A stretch of DNA of 64,000 bases from the NCBI GenBank assembly GCA_040954595.2, contig CM082580.2, forward strand, positions 3,152,783-3,216,782, read 5' to 3'. A program made the translations under genes and the position numbers. Under the pieces are notes generated by a model. The model had not been told where the DNA came from. It did no database searches and worked only from the letters and a program-made list of their open reading frames with translations. The stretch's first letter is position 1. Every line of letters begins with the position of its first letter. Positions 27,201 to 42,200 of this stretch are shown here, in pieces. Origin of the DNA: Balanoglossus misakiensis (Eukaryota; Animalia; Hemichordata).

Positions 27201-30200
27201 TCAGTGTGATTCCAATTATACTCCTACACATGTTTTGGTGCTGGTAATCTGTTTGCCTTGAATAACTATTGTTGGTCCTGTTTTTAAGTCATAAATATCA
27301 GTAAGGAGGCACTCGTTCATGTTTGTAATTTGGATAACTTTTTATCAAAATCCTGTTCTTTACCATAATTTAGTTTTTTTTTGCCATGTCTTTTGTAGCC
27401 CCACCTGCACAAGATCGTGAATCGATCAATGGAGTTGGCTACCACAGCTAAAGAACCATACAACTATTTCTTGCTGTTGAGAGCCTTGTTTCGATCCATC
27501 GGTGGTGGAAGTCATGATCTGCTGTACCAGGAGTTTCTACCTTTGCTGCCAAATCTTTTGCAAGGTTAGTCATCACTCTGTTATTTTGTTTTAATTTATG
27601 GTAGATGACTACCCAGATGCAGTGAGTGGTTATCACATTCCTTAGCTTTACATGTAGAATTTTGAGAAAACAAATTTACAATATTGTCATTTTCTTGAAA
27701 TTTGCACAAAAGATGACAAAAAGAGAGTTTTTATTAAATTTTTACAAAGTAAATACTAAGTCACTGTGCTTGATTTTTTGATAGAGCTGTTCAGAAATTT
27801 TCACCACATGAAAACTATAACATTGAGAGTGCAAAAAAGAGCTGACTCAGCATTTTCCACAATATTTGAGACCCCCTAACTGGTATTATTTGGTTCTCTG
27901 CAGGTTTAAATGTTCTTCAAAGTGGATTACACAAACAGCACATGAAGGATTTGTTTGTTGAGTTGTGTTTGACCGTTCCTGTCCGATTGAGTTCATTGCT
28001 CCCTTACCTACCAATGTTGATGGATCCACTTGTCTCTGCTCTCAATGGTTCCCAGACTTTAGTGAGTCAGGTGAGTGTACATTCAGCTCATCATAACAAA
28101 AAATATTGTTTGGGTCAAGATTTTGTATATGAACATTACTTTGTATACTTTCACTGCCACCAGGGTTCTTTCTTTGCCCGTGTGATATATTTGGATGCAA
28201 AATTTTACATGAGAAATAATTTGAGTTGATGCCAAGAATTTATCCAAGTCCACAAATGTTCTTTTTTTGCCTGTGTTAACTTATGTTGTTGGTCTTACTA
28301 CATGGCGACTAGGATCTTCAGTTGCTGTCATACCCAGCCTATACTACAGTTGGCTGCTTTGTTCATTCTAAGAATGATCTAATTTCAGGGATTTGTGGAT
28401 GAATTGTAATGTTTATAAACAAACAAATGCAGCACGATGACCCCTTCACTTTAAGCATATAATCCTAATCTTTTCTTTTGACATGTATTTCACATTTCAG
28501 GGTCTTCGTACCCTAGAACTGTGTGTGGATAATCTACAACCAGATTTTTTGTACGAACACATTCAACCAGTCAGAGCTGAACTGATGCAGGTAATTTTTA
28601 TCTTTATGGTAAACAAATTTTGTAATAAACTGGAACTGGAATTCTTTGTAAAGCAGCAGTCACCAAAAAAGTCATCAAAACTAATGGTGATTCCTCAGAA
28701 CAAGAGAAATGTCCAGTTGCAAAATTCTGGAATACTTTGTAGAAGTTTCCATGTTATGAAGTTGAAATCTTGCATTTCCATACATGAAGATGCAGATTAA
28801 ATGATGTAGATTAAATGTTTTTAGATGAGATGAGAATTTTCTTGGTGGCCCAGTGTAGCGTGGAGCAACACCCTTCATAAATCTTCATCCCTGATTTTAG
28901 GAGAGTGTGCGTGTTGCATAATAACAGGATGGTGTTTTGGTACTTTTTGTTAAAAATTGAGTTTACTTTATAATCAGATTGTTAACACAATAAGTCTTGT
29001 GATTAATTCGGTCCTATAACATGATTTTCTGTTAAGGCTCTGTGGAGAACACTTCGCAACCCAAATGACAATATCGCACATGTGGCGTTTAGAGTTCTGG
29101 GAAAGTTCGGTGGAAGTAATCGGAAAATGTTGAAGGAACCACAGAAGGTATGTAGAACTTAATTTTGTCTGTCTCATTGTTGTGCATTGTATCACTGACT
29201 AATTACCAGCAAAACTACCTGGAAAATTCTGGTAATTTTTCATGGCAGGCTTCGTTTATTGAACTGGCTGATTATAACGTTCACATTCGTCAATCCAACT
29301 GATATTTAGAGCATTGACGGTAGTTGTCATTTGGGAAATAGATTTGGGCATCCACACTATACTGGTACCTGAATTTGGGGAGACTCAGAATTTGCAAACT
29401 GGTCCAGATATTCTGGGTCTGATAGAAAATATTACTTTTCTGATACAGTACTCAGAGAGTGTTTTTGTCTTCAGTTTTATTGTATGCTATAATGAGTGTT
29501 AATCATTGCTTATTTCTGATTTTTCATTCCAAATGTAAGCATTCTAATTTCATAAAACAAATGTTCATCTCACAGCTTACATACAAAGAAGAAGAGTCCG
29601 TAGGCCCATGCATTGTAGTGTGTTTCCAGGACTGCAAAACACCTGTTGCTTTGCCAGTGCAGAAGGTATGTTTGTAGAGAAAAACATTCACACAACACTC
29701 TTTGCTGTCACTAGCATTTGTAATAGACTTGTGGTAGACATTTGGAAAGAAATTTAAAAGAAAATAATCTTCTGCTGATAGGCAGTGGAAGTTATAGTTT
29801 TTCTCTCAGTTGTGCAGTGGCCAGAGAATTAGACTCGGAGCTGGTTTCGCTCTGTTGTTGTGTCAATGAGGGTCTTTTCTCACTGGGCCTCCCTTCCCTC
29901 AAGAGTGGCCATATACCTCATCTTTTTTTTGGGGGGGGGGGAATCTCATAATTAAGCATATCACTGTTATCTGCGAATGTGGTAGAAATAAGCAGTAACC
30001 CTACACTGCCCCCAAAGGAGGGAAGGGAAGCTGTATGATGAGCAGATGATGTCTGGACATTTGACAAAAATTGGAGTAAACAGTTTGCTCACACCTGTTT
30101 TGTTTTTGATTTTGGTCTGCCACTTACATGTATGACTAGCCCGACTGCAGTCACTTTGGCAAACATATGCACAGCAGCTAGCATTATATGCTGCCAGTCT

Positions 30201-33200
30201 TTCTCCAATGTTGACTATTAACGTTATTGATCCAGCAGGGACTGTGTCTTTGACACTGGCTGACACATTGAAATTCTTTGATGTTCTAGGTGATTGAGAC
30301 AGCTCTGAATGCACTCAAGTCCGCTTCAATTGATGCATTTTATCGTCGTCAAGCCTGGGAAGTAGTCAAGGGATTTATTGTCAGCGCATTGAACAGAGAT
30401 GATGACAGATACACCATGTATAAGATCCTATCCCATCACAGGTATGTCTGTGTGTGGTTGTCTGTTTTTGAACTTGTGCGATTCGAATAACCATGAATGC
30501 ATACATGTAGGGAATATACGACAGGGCTCTGACCTCTACAGTCAATCTGTGTCACACGTTCATGGTTGATTTTCAGTACAGTGATGTGTGATGCACCAGT
30601 GATGATGCAAACTGAAATAATCATTGATCGGACAAGCTATGCACTGAAATCTACGATGAGAAAGTTCTTTTCATGAATGTGGAGGTTCCCCAGAAAGAAG
30701 TTTGAAATATTGACATTCAGAAAGTAGACCCACATTGATGTAAAATATTAGCTGTGAATGTGTCGTGCTTGAACCTAATCTGGCTGGTTTTGTTTACTTT
30801 CAGTTTCACAAGTAGTGACGTTCCGAGACCAACCCAGCCCTTGTATAAATGTAAGGATCTTGTGAGTCGAACAACATGTGAACAGGCATTAACAGCTCTC
30901 ATTGGTATGTATGGCTTTTGTATTCTTTGGTCGGTCACTTTGTTGTATATTTTGAATGAATAAAAACGTATCTGAACCTGCTGCAGGACCTCACGGACTA
31001 AGTCCTATATAATATTAACTAATTGTGGAAACTGAGTCACCTTAACGACAGTAATTTCTTGCGGTTATCCCAACATCTCTCTCATATTATGTATCCATCG
31101 TTGAGAATTTTATATTAGACTCAGTGGTACGTTGCATTGACTTAGAGACTGAGTCATGGATGATTGTAGGCAGACTTTTGGAGTTTTATAATTATCGGTG
31201 TTTGATCAATATTAAGTGCTTTACCAATCAAACCGTGCTGTGACTATTAGCTATCACCAACCTACAATATGATCATCCCCTAAAGTCAAGTGTGTATAAG
31301 TTTAAATGTACACCAGTTTCAAGTGTGTATACATCCTTTTGCCAGGTTGCTAAGGTGCTAACTTTGAAAGAGGCAGGAATCCAGTGCCTTACATTGAAGC
31401 TTGCATTATTGTTTTCCCCCATGTGCATTTTGTGTAAAAAATGATCTATTGACTGTTTTGGCATATTTTCGCATAACAGATAAGTAGTCAAACCAAACAA
31501 AAATATCAAAATTTAAGTTTTTCTTTAAGAAGGATTCAGAAATGAAGTCCAAAAGTGTTGACAGGAAAAAGAGGCGATAGAGGATGTATACCTTGTTGGA
31601 ATTGTAAATAAGAATGGCACACGGGTACAAAATACCATTGACACATCCAAAATTGCAATGGTCAGATAAACTGTAGTCTGAATGATGTCCCGGTAGTGTT
31701 TATCTTTGCTTATCTTCAAAATCAGAATTCAAACAGGTTTCTTGTACACTGCACTAGTGTAACAGTAATACATGCTTGATTGTTATGATGTTATATGTTT
31801 GAAGGGAACCCGAGTATGATAATTGGTATTGGCAAGAGATGTTCCCTGAAAACAGTTTGACAGATTCACTTCCCATAAATGCCAATGTTTAGTAATCTGT
31901 GATAAAATGACAATGAAAGACGAGTATTTTTTGCCTGGCAGGTCTGTTTTGATAGAGTTGCCCATGGCCCTGCTTGACCCATAACATGTCAATCATAATT
32001 ATTTAGGTAATTATTGATGTAAAGCGCAAGACTGGGGCACGTGAATTACCAGGGGTAATAGCTGAAATGCATCAGGAATTTGTAAGGACTGAAGCAGATG
32101 ATCACGCAGACAAGAAAATACAAAGTCATTGGTTAATGCCTGATCACTTCAGAGTGACTTTGTACAAAAGATAAAATACACACCATGGAATAAGTACTGT
32201 GAGCTTGATTACTGATAATTTTTTTTAGCAGGTCAAGTTGGACCAAAACCAGTTATTGTCATTCTAGACTCATAAGCTAATCACATGGATGCCATGTTCT
32301 TTCACATTGTACTGGACGTCACGTCTGTTCGAGACAAGGCCAGGTTATCAGGGGGTTCTTAATTTGTCAGGTTGTCTGGTGATTGATTACACAGTGTACT
32401 GTTACAGTAGTAGATGAAATCTGGTCAACACACTTGTTGGAGTGTGCACCAATAAATATGCTGCAGAATCAGATCTTGAAATTTTAAATAAAACAAGAGT
32501 CACATCTGTAAAGAATAATTGAATCACACATTCTATCTTCGCTTATTGATCTGAGAAAACTGTAAGCAATAAAACACTATTGACAGGCATTTGTGGCAAG
32601 GTATTAATAATCAATGTGACAATGGTCTTTTGTTGTGACCTATGACCTGTAGAAAGTTTGTAGTGGATTTTTGGATTTCCATGGTTTTCAGAGCTCAATG
32701 AGCCTGATGAAATCTGATAGAATTCAGCCGTGACCTTATTCCAAACAATGACCTGTGTGTGTCCTGTCATACTAATAGATTTTGTTTTAAGATTGCCTGC
32801 CTATAAAGTAATGGTACATGTATGTGCACCACTGACTTATTTGTGCTTTGATTTTGAAAGCTAATTTCTCTACTGTGGTTAACCCTAATGCTACTGGTTG
32901 TCATATCTGTGTAGAGTGTCAAGTCCCTTAAAATACGTATTTGCCACTTTTTCTTCTAAAACGTAGTTTGACTGTCTTGACATGGCTCTCATACGTACTT
33001 GACACACTTGGCAGTCTGAGCCCCCTGTAAAATGTACCAAATCGCACTGGTTTGCACTGTAATGTATTGGTCTGAGGGTCTTGTATAGGCCCTAATGAAT
33101 AACACACACTTGGCAGTCTAACAGGCCTGATAGCCAGGATTCTAGGCACCCTGGAAATCAAACCAGTTTCAACTGACTTGGCAGCGTTAGGGTTAAAACA

Positions 33201-36200
33201 AAGATACAATTTGTAGGGTAGAGTTCACTTGCTGAAAGGTAATCAAATACTTGTGATGGTATTAATAACAGGACTCTGACTTCAATAAATGCAGCTGATG
33301 GTAATACTGAATAACCTATTTGTTTGATAGCCTATTTGTTTGAAGTACGATATTTGGTTGAACTCAATAGATCCTTTGTTGAATTTTGTGTTTTTATATC
33401 ATGTAATCACAATGAGTAGCAATGCCTACAGCCTAATAAAATTACGAACATTTTTCAATTTTTGAACATTTTAATTGTAGTGAAATGTAAACTTGCACAA
33501 AAATTGTATTGGTGAAAAGTAAATCAAGACAATGCCAAGTGTTCTGGCATGTTAAATATTGAACATGTAAACATACTGAACTTGTAAATTTGAAAGCCCT
33601 GCGGTACGATACAAAGAATGTGAAGAATATTATAAACAACCTAGCAATTCAGTTTTTCCTGAGTCATATTTTATGATAGTCTCATATTTTATGATAGTCT
33701 TTGCATTGTTGTTCTGATAAAATTAACCACCAATTTACTTCAGATCGGTGCAGTTCAGCCTTTACCAGTTTTACCTTTGACATTGGTTTGATGCCATGTT
33801 ATTCGATAGCCAGAGTTCAAAGTTTGCTGCTGCTTAATGCATATCATGTGAAGAGCTTAACACAAGCATCACTTTGGTCGCTCTTGATTGCCACGACTTT
33901 GCAGGGCGCATCAGGCGTGACGGCAAGACCACAGTTGGCATCACCAATGTTGCAAATGAAAACTCCTTGCCGGTCGAATTTCTGCACCCCCTGGTTGCCG
34001 GAATCGAAGCTGACGTAGATGTTGTCGTCACTGTCCACAGCGAGTCCTGCCGGCTTGTCCGACTGGCCGCGCTGATTGTCCCGACTGCCAAATGTGAACA
34101 GAAATTGACCGTCAGCGTTGAACACCTGAATGCGATAATTCCCCCAGTCGGATACGATGACATGGCCCAGACTGTTGATGGCGGTGTAGGTTGGATAGTT
34201 CATCTGGCCCGGCCCACTTCCTTTACTGCCAAAAGATTTCACGAATTCTCCATTGTGTGCTGTGAACACCGAAATAGAGTGCAGGCCGCTGTTGACCACA
34301 TACACTGTATTATTAGTCGTGTTGACAGCGATCCCCCAGGGATGCTTCAAGTTGGTCTGACCGAAACACTGGATGACTTTGCTGCTTTCATCACACACGA
34401 TAACACGGCTGTTTTTGATATCTGTCGCATAGCACATGTCGTTGTGCAGCGTTATGTCAAACGGCTTGAAAGGTTTGCTTAAACCTCCGCACTGAATGAT
34501 CTTCAGACACGTGCCTGTTTTGATGTGCAAGAGTTGAATCCGATTGTTCTCTCGGTCGGCGACGAGGATGTGTCCGTCCTTGCTGATGGTCACTCCGCAC
34601 GGCATACTGAACTGTCCCGGCTTGTCTCCCTGACTTCCGATCGTCTTTTCCAGTCTCCACGGCGGCTGCACCTGAACGCAGCAAGGTGACCCTTTGATGT
34701 GGTGATCCCCGATCTTCACCGATAGCAACTGTCGACCGACGACGCATCCCTTGATCGCCACCGTGTAGGTGACACTGTTTGGGCTCTCGGACACTTGCTC
34801 CACTGGTAGCTGTCTGGTATGCCCGTTTGGTTCCAGCAACTCTGCTTCCAAGTCTTGACAGCTGATGACCTTCTCCGCCACCGATTCTATGGGGATGCTG
34901 ATTTGATCGTGTAGTCGGACACTGCACGGAACACAAGGCAGTTTAATTGAAATATTCGACAGAGCATCTAACCTGGTTGTCCATTGCTGACATTTCTTCA
35001 GCTTGGCATACGTCTTCTTTTTTTGACTGCTTCCAAACTTGGCGTGTGTCTCTGATGATGTCACTGTTCCGATGCTACCTTCCAGTGTCTTGGTGTGTGG
35101 TCTGAACTTGGGATATTTATCCACTTTAGATTTGGTTGTTGTATCCATAGCAACAAGCTGTCGCAGACAGGTGGAAGTTTCGTGATATGTTGATAGGATT
35201 TGGGGGTCATTGCCGTCCCGCAGTAAATTTTCCACCGTTTTTAAAGTGTTCTTTATGAGTTCCTCTTTCGATTGCAGTTTGGTGCTTTCAGCTTTTTGCG
35301 CGCCTTTGATTTTGTCGAATTTGGTTTGTAATACATCTAACAGTTTATTCTCTTCAGCCTTGAGGTTGACAGTTAGTGTGGCAATCATGGCCTGGGTGTG
35401 TTTCTTGACACTCTCTTCCTGTTCTTTGTAGCGACTCTGCCGGAACTCTTCCATGTCTTTCACCCTTTGCACACATTCCTGTATTTCCTTTTGTTTCGCC
35501 TTCAACTTTTCCACCTGCGCTTCCAGTCTCTGACTGCATTCCTTGGCAGCGTCGTGGAGTTCTCGGTGTTTGTGGGTCGGCGCTGCGTGGCCTTCCTCTT
35601 TGCATGCAAAACAGAACGGCACCTGGCAAGTCTCGCAGTAGAACTTGAGTTCATTCTCCGCGTGCAACGTGCAGTACATGGAGGGATCCTTGGCCCGAGC
35701 TCTTTCGTACTCTTCAAGGGTCATAATGCTGTGATGTTTGGTTGTCGGGATGTTCTTGTGCGCGTTGCTGCACACATCACAGATGTTCAAACCACAATCT
35801 ACGCACCTGTTTGTTCTGTTGCCTTGGTGACAACTGCTGCATTCGTGGTCGGTGTCCGGGCTGACTTTCTGTCTCTCCACCAGTTCTAGAATACTGTTGA
35901 TGTAGAAACTGGCCGTCAGATCCGCCACTCCACCAGTTGGCATTCTGCACAGCTCCCGACACATGGGACACTCCACTCTATTCTTCTTATCAACGAGGTT
36001 CACCAAGCACTTCTCGCAGAAAGAATGGTGACAGGGCAGAATTTTGGGATTTTTGAACCGCTCAAAACACACCATGCACGTGAGGAAATCTTCATGGATT
36101 TCCACGCGAGGAGGATGTCTGGCGGCCATTGCTGCTAAATGTACCCCCTAGTTTGGTGTGCGCTATTGTTTCAGACTCAGCTGGCATGTTATTCATGTTT

Positions 36201-39200
36201 GCTTAGCACTTTGCATTGTACCAGCCCATGCTATGTAGTCAAGGTAGATAGGAGTGATTTACTGTGGGCCCTATCAGTTGCCAACTCAGGCATTTGCAAA
36301 GTTGAAATCAATGACCTACTAACTGGCATATCTTCTGAACTGTAACACTTACAGGATGAATTTTGTTTCTATTTTGAAAGCAGCAATTAAAAAAGACAGA
36401 AAAAGGAAAAGAATCGATAAAGAGTGTTTTTACTAGGAATGAAATAATCTTCATTTGAGATATAAAAAGTTGGATTTTGTTAACTGTTGATTGTTGGTGA
36501 AAATAGGTGACTTCACAGAGGATGTCTCAGTATTGGCCAAAAAAAAATGTAGCACGTCAGAATTGGATGCCAAGCTAAAGTTACTTGAAATTCCTTGCTG
36601 CCTGATTATCATGATAATGCCTACCTTTTTACCTGTCACGCATGATTACAGGTCTTAAGATCTTTGCCTTCAACTGAAGGAGTCGGCTTGGCTGCAAACA
36701 AAATGTTAGCTTGTCATGACAAGTTAAGAAGCCTCGAGAAAAGAAAAGTTGTAATGACCCTGTCAAAAGATGAATTCAGTTCATCAAAATAAATCAAACG
36801 TTTCAGTGCTTTCTATTTGCTGTGCACATCACTTGAAATCAACTCAAGCATAGTGAATTAACATGTAACTGACGTGTATATTTGCATAGAGTCAAGGTCA
36901 CACTGTAAGCACCAGATGAAGGATAGGATTATTTTCTGTGGAAGGCATAAGCTTTGAGAAGTCAATTGATTTACCCAATCTTTCAGAAAATAAAAGCAAT
37001 TCCTTTGAACAAGATTCGATATCAAAATGTGGTACGTTTAAAATGGTCTGTCAAAAATAAAATAAAAATAATGTAACCACTTTTTGCTGTAAAAGTTTAA
37101 ACACAGGCAGTATTGAATATAAATCTGGATTAACTTTGTATTTTATGACATGTTATTTTATGTAATGTACATTTCATAGAAGTGCTTGACAATGTATAAA
37201 CATTAATATGATTATAAAGTAAAAATCTGAATTTTGCCAACTTTGAAAATGTAATACTGTGAAAGTCAATTAGACCAGTAGCGTTTGATTAATGTTTGTA
37301 TGAAGGATTATGATACATGTATTGACTTTTGTCTTGAGTTTTATCTAGTGCCAATATTCTGAGTGTCTGTGTTTGTCTTTCTTTCAGTGGCTGCTACAAT
37401 CAAAGACCTGAGGAACCAATCTCTGCCGTTTCTTGTCAACATTGTCAAACACTATACACTGGTTGCTGTGGTACAGCAAGGTGGTGAGCATGCTCAGTCA
37501 AGTCTTTGAAGTTTCTTCTCCACAAGCATCCTCTACTCAATTTAGTTGAAAACTTTCATTCTAATTTTGTAATCTTTTCCTTTTGAAAGTTTAGGGGTTG
37601 TGGATAATTAAAACATGCGCATGGTAAAATGCAACTAATTGCGTTTGGCCTCAGTTTCTGCGCACAGTAATCGAAATAAAGCCACCCCCCTAACGCCGAA
37701 ATTGCAATTGCGTTTACTGTACGCATGTTTTAATTATCCACGGCCCCGTATGATAATGACATTGAACTCACTTTAGCATTAACTTCATTCTGATTCATAA
37801 TATATTATTCTAAACTACCCTTTCCCCCAACAAAATGTTCATCTTTTTAAATGAACAGAGTGTGTCAGATTGATTGTGTGTGTGTATAGGGGTATTAGAT
37901 CTTGTTAGGGTTTCGAGACCAGAGGGGTCTCGAAACCCTCTTGAAATCGTGTTGTTTTTTATTATTATTATTCTTCTTCCCACTATTAAAAACAGCCGCT
38001 ATTCCAAGACCGTTGCACCCAATGACTTGAAATTTGGCTCATAGGTAAAACTCAAAGCAAGTAATTTTCCGATCATGTCACTATGGCAACAGGTCACATG
38101 ACCTGGCAGCCATATTGGATTTAAACTTTTAAATTGGTCTCATTTGCATAAAAAATGACGAATCCAAATTCTGTTCAGAAACTTTGTGGACCATATGGCC
38201 AGGGTCCTCTATGCCAAATTTCAATGTCTAAGTCCTTGCCGATTTTGAGGAGATGATTTTTAAAGCATTATTTTTCATATTTTCCATGACCATTGGACCC
38301 AGCCATTGGCCTATACTTTCCATGGTTAAGCTATGGCCCCCTAGGATTTTAGATTTATGCCCAAGATCTCAACATCCGCTGGGCTGATCAGCTTCAAATT
38401 TTGTGTGCAGCTAGCCTACCTTCCGACAATCAGTTCCAACTGAAAAAAATAATATGAAAAATCAACCGATTTTTTTATATTAATTTTTTTATGAAATCTA
38501 TACCTATACTTATTCCACTATACTTAAGCTATGGCCACATCGTTTTGTAGAATTCTGGTCGGTGCAATAGTCTGCAGCATAGGACCAAAATAAGAAGCCA
38601 AATTTAAGGCACACCTGTGACACCTGCTTAACTCATTAACTATTTGCATACCTAATTCCAGGCAAACCAATAGGGCTACAGGTCTGGTTTTTGTCAGAAA
38701 TGGATCAGTATGGGGTCAATTTTTTCCCCAAATTTTGGGTGACCTTGGGTGACCTTTGACCTACTTTCGCATATCTCAGCATCCAGAGCAGGTACAGCTT
38801 AGGTGTTTGGGTGGATGGGACCAAAATAAGAAGCCAAATTTAAGGCTCACCTGTGACACCTGCTTAACTCATTAACTATGTGCATACCTAATTCCAGGCA
38901 AACCAATAGGGCTACAGGTCTGGTTTTTGTCGGACATGGACCAGTATGGGGTCAAATTTCACCCCCAAATTTTGGGTGACCTTGGGTGACCTTTGACCTA
39001 CTTTCGCATACCTCAGCATCCAGAGCAGGTACAGCTTAGGTGTTTGGGTGGATGGGACCAAAATAAGAAGCCAAATTTAAGGCTCACCTGTGACACCTGC
39101 TTAACTCATTAACTATGTGCATACCTAATTCCAGGCAAACCAATAGGGCTACAGGTCTGGTTTTTGTCGGACATGGACCAGTATGGGGTCAAATTTTCCC

Positions 39201-42200
39201 CCCAAATTTTGGGTGACCTTGGGTGACCTTTGACCTACTTTCGCATACCTCAGCATCCAGAGCAGGTACAGCTTAGGTGTTTGGGTGGATGGGACCAAAA
39301 TAAGAAGCCAAATTTAAGGCTCACCTGTGCCACCTGCTTAACTCATTAACTATGTGCATACCTAATTCCAGGCAAACCAATAGGGCTACAGGTCTGGTTT
39401 TTGTCGGATATGGACCAGTATGGGGACACATTTTTTTCCCAAACTTTGGATGTTCTTGGGTGACCTTTGACCTACTTTCACATATCTCGGCATCCAGAGC
39501 AGGTACAGCTTAGGTGTTTGGACAGACGGGACCAAAATAAGAAGCCAAATTTTAGAGTCACCTGTGACACCTGCCTAACTCATTAATTATGTGCATACCT
39601 AATTCCAGGCAAACCAGTAGGGCTACAAGTCTGGTTTTTGTTGGACATGGACCAGTATAGCGTAACAATTTTCTGCTTATATTAAGCGTGACCTCACGTG
39701 ACCTTTGACCTACTTTTCGACATCTCAGCATCCACAGCACATACACCCTTGGCATTTGGAGTGATAGAACAACTAATGCAGTAATTAAATATGCACAAAT
39801 CTATCTCGGATAGCGAACCAATAGGGCTAGTAGTGTCTCGAAACCCGCTTATTGCTGTTCACAGCTATATTCTAACAGATCATTATTGTGTTTCTTGTGT
39901 ACCCAGGACCATTGCCCATCTCCAACAGACAACATATACAGCAAGGAATGGACCCCCATGTTATGGTGGATGCCATCGCAGCATGCATGGCACATGAAGA
40001 AAAGGAACTCTGTAAAACAGGCCAGCTGGCCATGAGTTTGATGGTGGAGACAGCCACTGTCATCATGGGCTCCAAAGAAAGGGTTAGTGTGTGACTGGAT
40101 AGTTTATAACAAATGCCACCAAAGTCATTGGATTGAAGAAGTATTTCTTGGCAATGATTGCCCGGCAGAGTTTAACAAGAATTGTTGCTTTGTGAAATAT
40201 TTAATAGCAGTTGGACAAAATCAAATGCTCCCTCGTCCAGAAAAAGACGCTGTAGTCAATAATAATCTTTTCAGTTGCTGTTTTTCAGTGATAAAGTTTT
40301 ACACTGATACTTTATTATAGGGTGAAAAAGTGGAACGAAAATATTTTTATGTATTACAGTGTGTAAAGTTTAATTTTGAGACATATCTGGTCAAGATTAT
40401 TGGCAAGTCATTGTTTATGACTGTGAATGTAATATTTATACTGCGAGAGGCATATTGCTGAATACTCTAGAGTGAAATGATTGCTTTGAATTGTGATTTG
40501 GACTTTAATTTTCATTGCAGGCTTGCCAGTTGCCTCTGTTTGAATATGTGATCGAGAAAATGTGTGCCTGCTGCTACCAAAGGGCTTGGTATGCCAAACT
40601 TGGCGGCTGCATTTCCATCAAATTCCTGATGGAAAAGATGTCAATGAGATGGGTCTTACAGCATCAATTCATGTGTCTCAAAGCATTGCTCTTTGTCATG
40701 ATGGATTTGCAAGGAGAGGTAAGTGATGATGGCTCAGACGCTGAACAAGTCTTGTAGGTGTCATGCACTGTGTGTCAGTACAGAGGGCAATGGGTAGGGC
40801 AAGGTTGGTGTATTTGATCAGCCAACATTTTATTAGTTTCTGTCTGAATTTCAGATGTTTATATGACCATTGGATGATTAGAAAATAATCATACGGTCCT
40901 GTTATTTTTGGTTTCTGAAAAGAAACTTTCTGAAGAAAATAATACATTCTTACTTGTAAAATAAGGTGTAAAGCCAAACATTTCAGTGAAAAACTAGTCA
41001 GGAATACCGGTAGTAGTCCATAAAAACTTTTTTTTTAACACTGCCCCTGTTTTGAATCTTCTCGAAAACTTAGCTACATTTCAGATAACATACATTCAAG
41101 TACTAGTGGTAGTAAACAATGGAATGTGAAAGTTGACATATATTTCTTTGTACAGGTGTCAAGTGGAGCCTTAGACATGGCCAGAACAAATCTGGAAAAT
41201 CTACTTACCAAGTGTGCATCACCACTAACTGAAAAAGATGTCCAGGATACAGACTTGCCAGCAGCACAAAAGAAATCCTTCTATGAAGTCACTCATGAAC
41301 TTGTAAGAGAGGTCACATCACCAAACCAGACTGTTAGAGATCAGGTATGGTGACGATTGGTAGAGGTTATAAGTCAACTATATCTACTTTTTCTAGTGCA
41401 GTCTGGCAAAAACTGCAACTTTGCATCTGTGGAATAAAATAAACAATATGCTCTACGTTACTTCACATGGTATTTTCCTAGTAATAGTAATAAAAGTTCT
41501 AGGATGAATATACAATTGCATGTTTTATGATATTCATGTAACAGAAATGGAATATGATTCCTTGATTTGAGGAGACTGACTGGTCTTTGTTCATTTCACA
41601 GGCAATGCATTCATTACGGGTGTTGGCCAAGGTGACCAAAAAGAGTGTGACAGAAATCATGGAACCTCACAAGGATGTGCTGGTGGATATGATACCACCC
41701 AAGAAACACCTGCTAAGACACCAACCAGCCAATGCCCAGATTGGTTTGATGGACGGCAACACATTCTGCACCACTCTACAGCCGAGATTGTTCACCATCG
41801 ATTTGAATATTGTGGAACACAAGGTCTTCTTTACAGAGGTGAGCGTTAAAGCTTCCAGAGCTGCCACTTTTTGTATTATTTTCATGATTTTATTTTCCAA
41901 CTGAAATTGGTCCATCTAAATAAGCTTACTGATAGGTATACATCGATATCTGATCGACGCCAGATTGCGACTGCATGTTGCAATTTGAACACGCTATATA
42001 TTAAATGGGTGCCACACCCATTTAATCAGCCTCCACACAAAGAGTACACAGTTATCGTGGTATGCGTCGCCAAGAGATGACAAACTGATGCAAATACAAG
42101 TAATATGGCTTAATGGTGAGGATTTTGAAGGATAGGGAATAGATTTGAAGTATTTTATTGTGGAAAAAATATGTGAAATGTGGCAGCTATAGGGGCTTTA

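Noticed and set aside
33701-35971. Several overlapping ORFs (202, 163, 159 aa etc.) over the TRIM gene
   Set aside because: Shadow frames of a GC-rich coding sequence with no independent motifs.
36381-36420. Alternative TRRAP exon 25 (aag|cagcaattaaaaaagac)
   Set aside because: Only superficial AIKKD similarity; the exon at 37388-37483 matches TRRAP far better and fits the phases.
38582-39740. CRISPR-like array
   Set aside because: Units are contiguous 237-bp repeats without unique spacers, in a eukaryotic intron with no cas genes.
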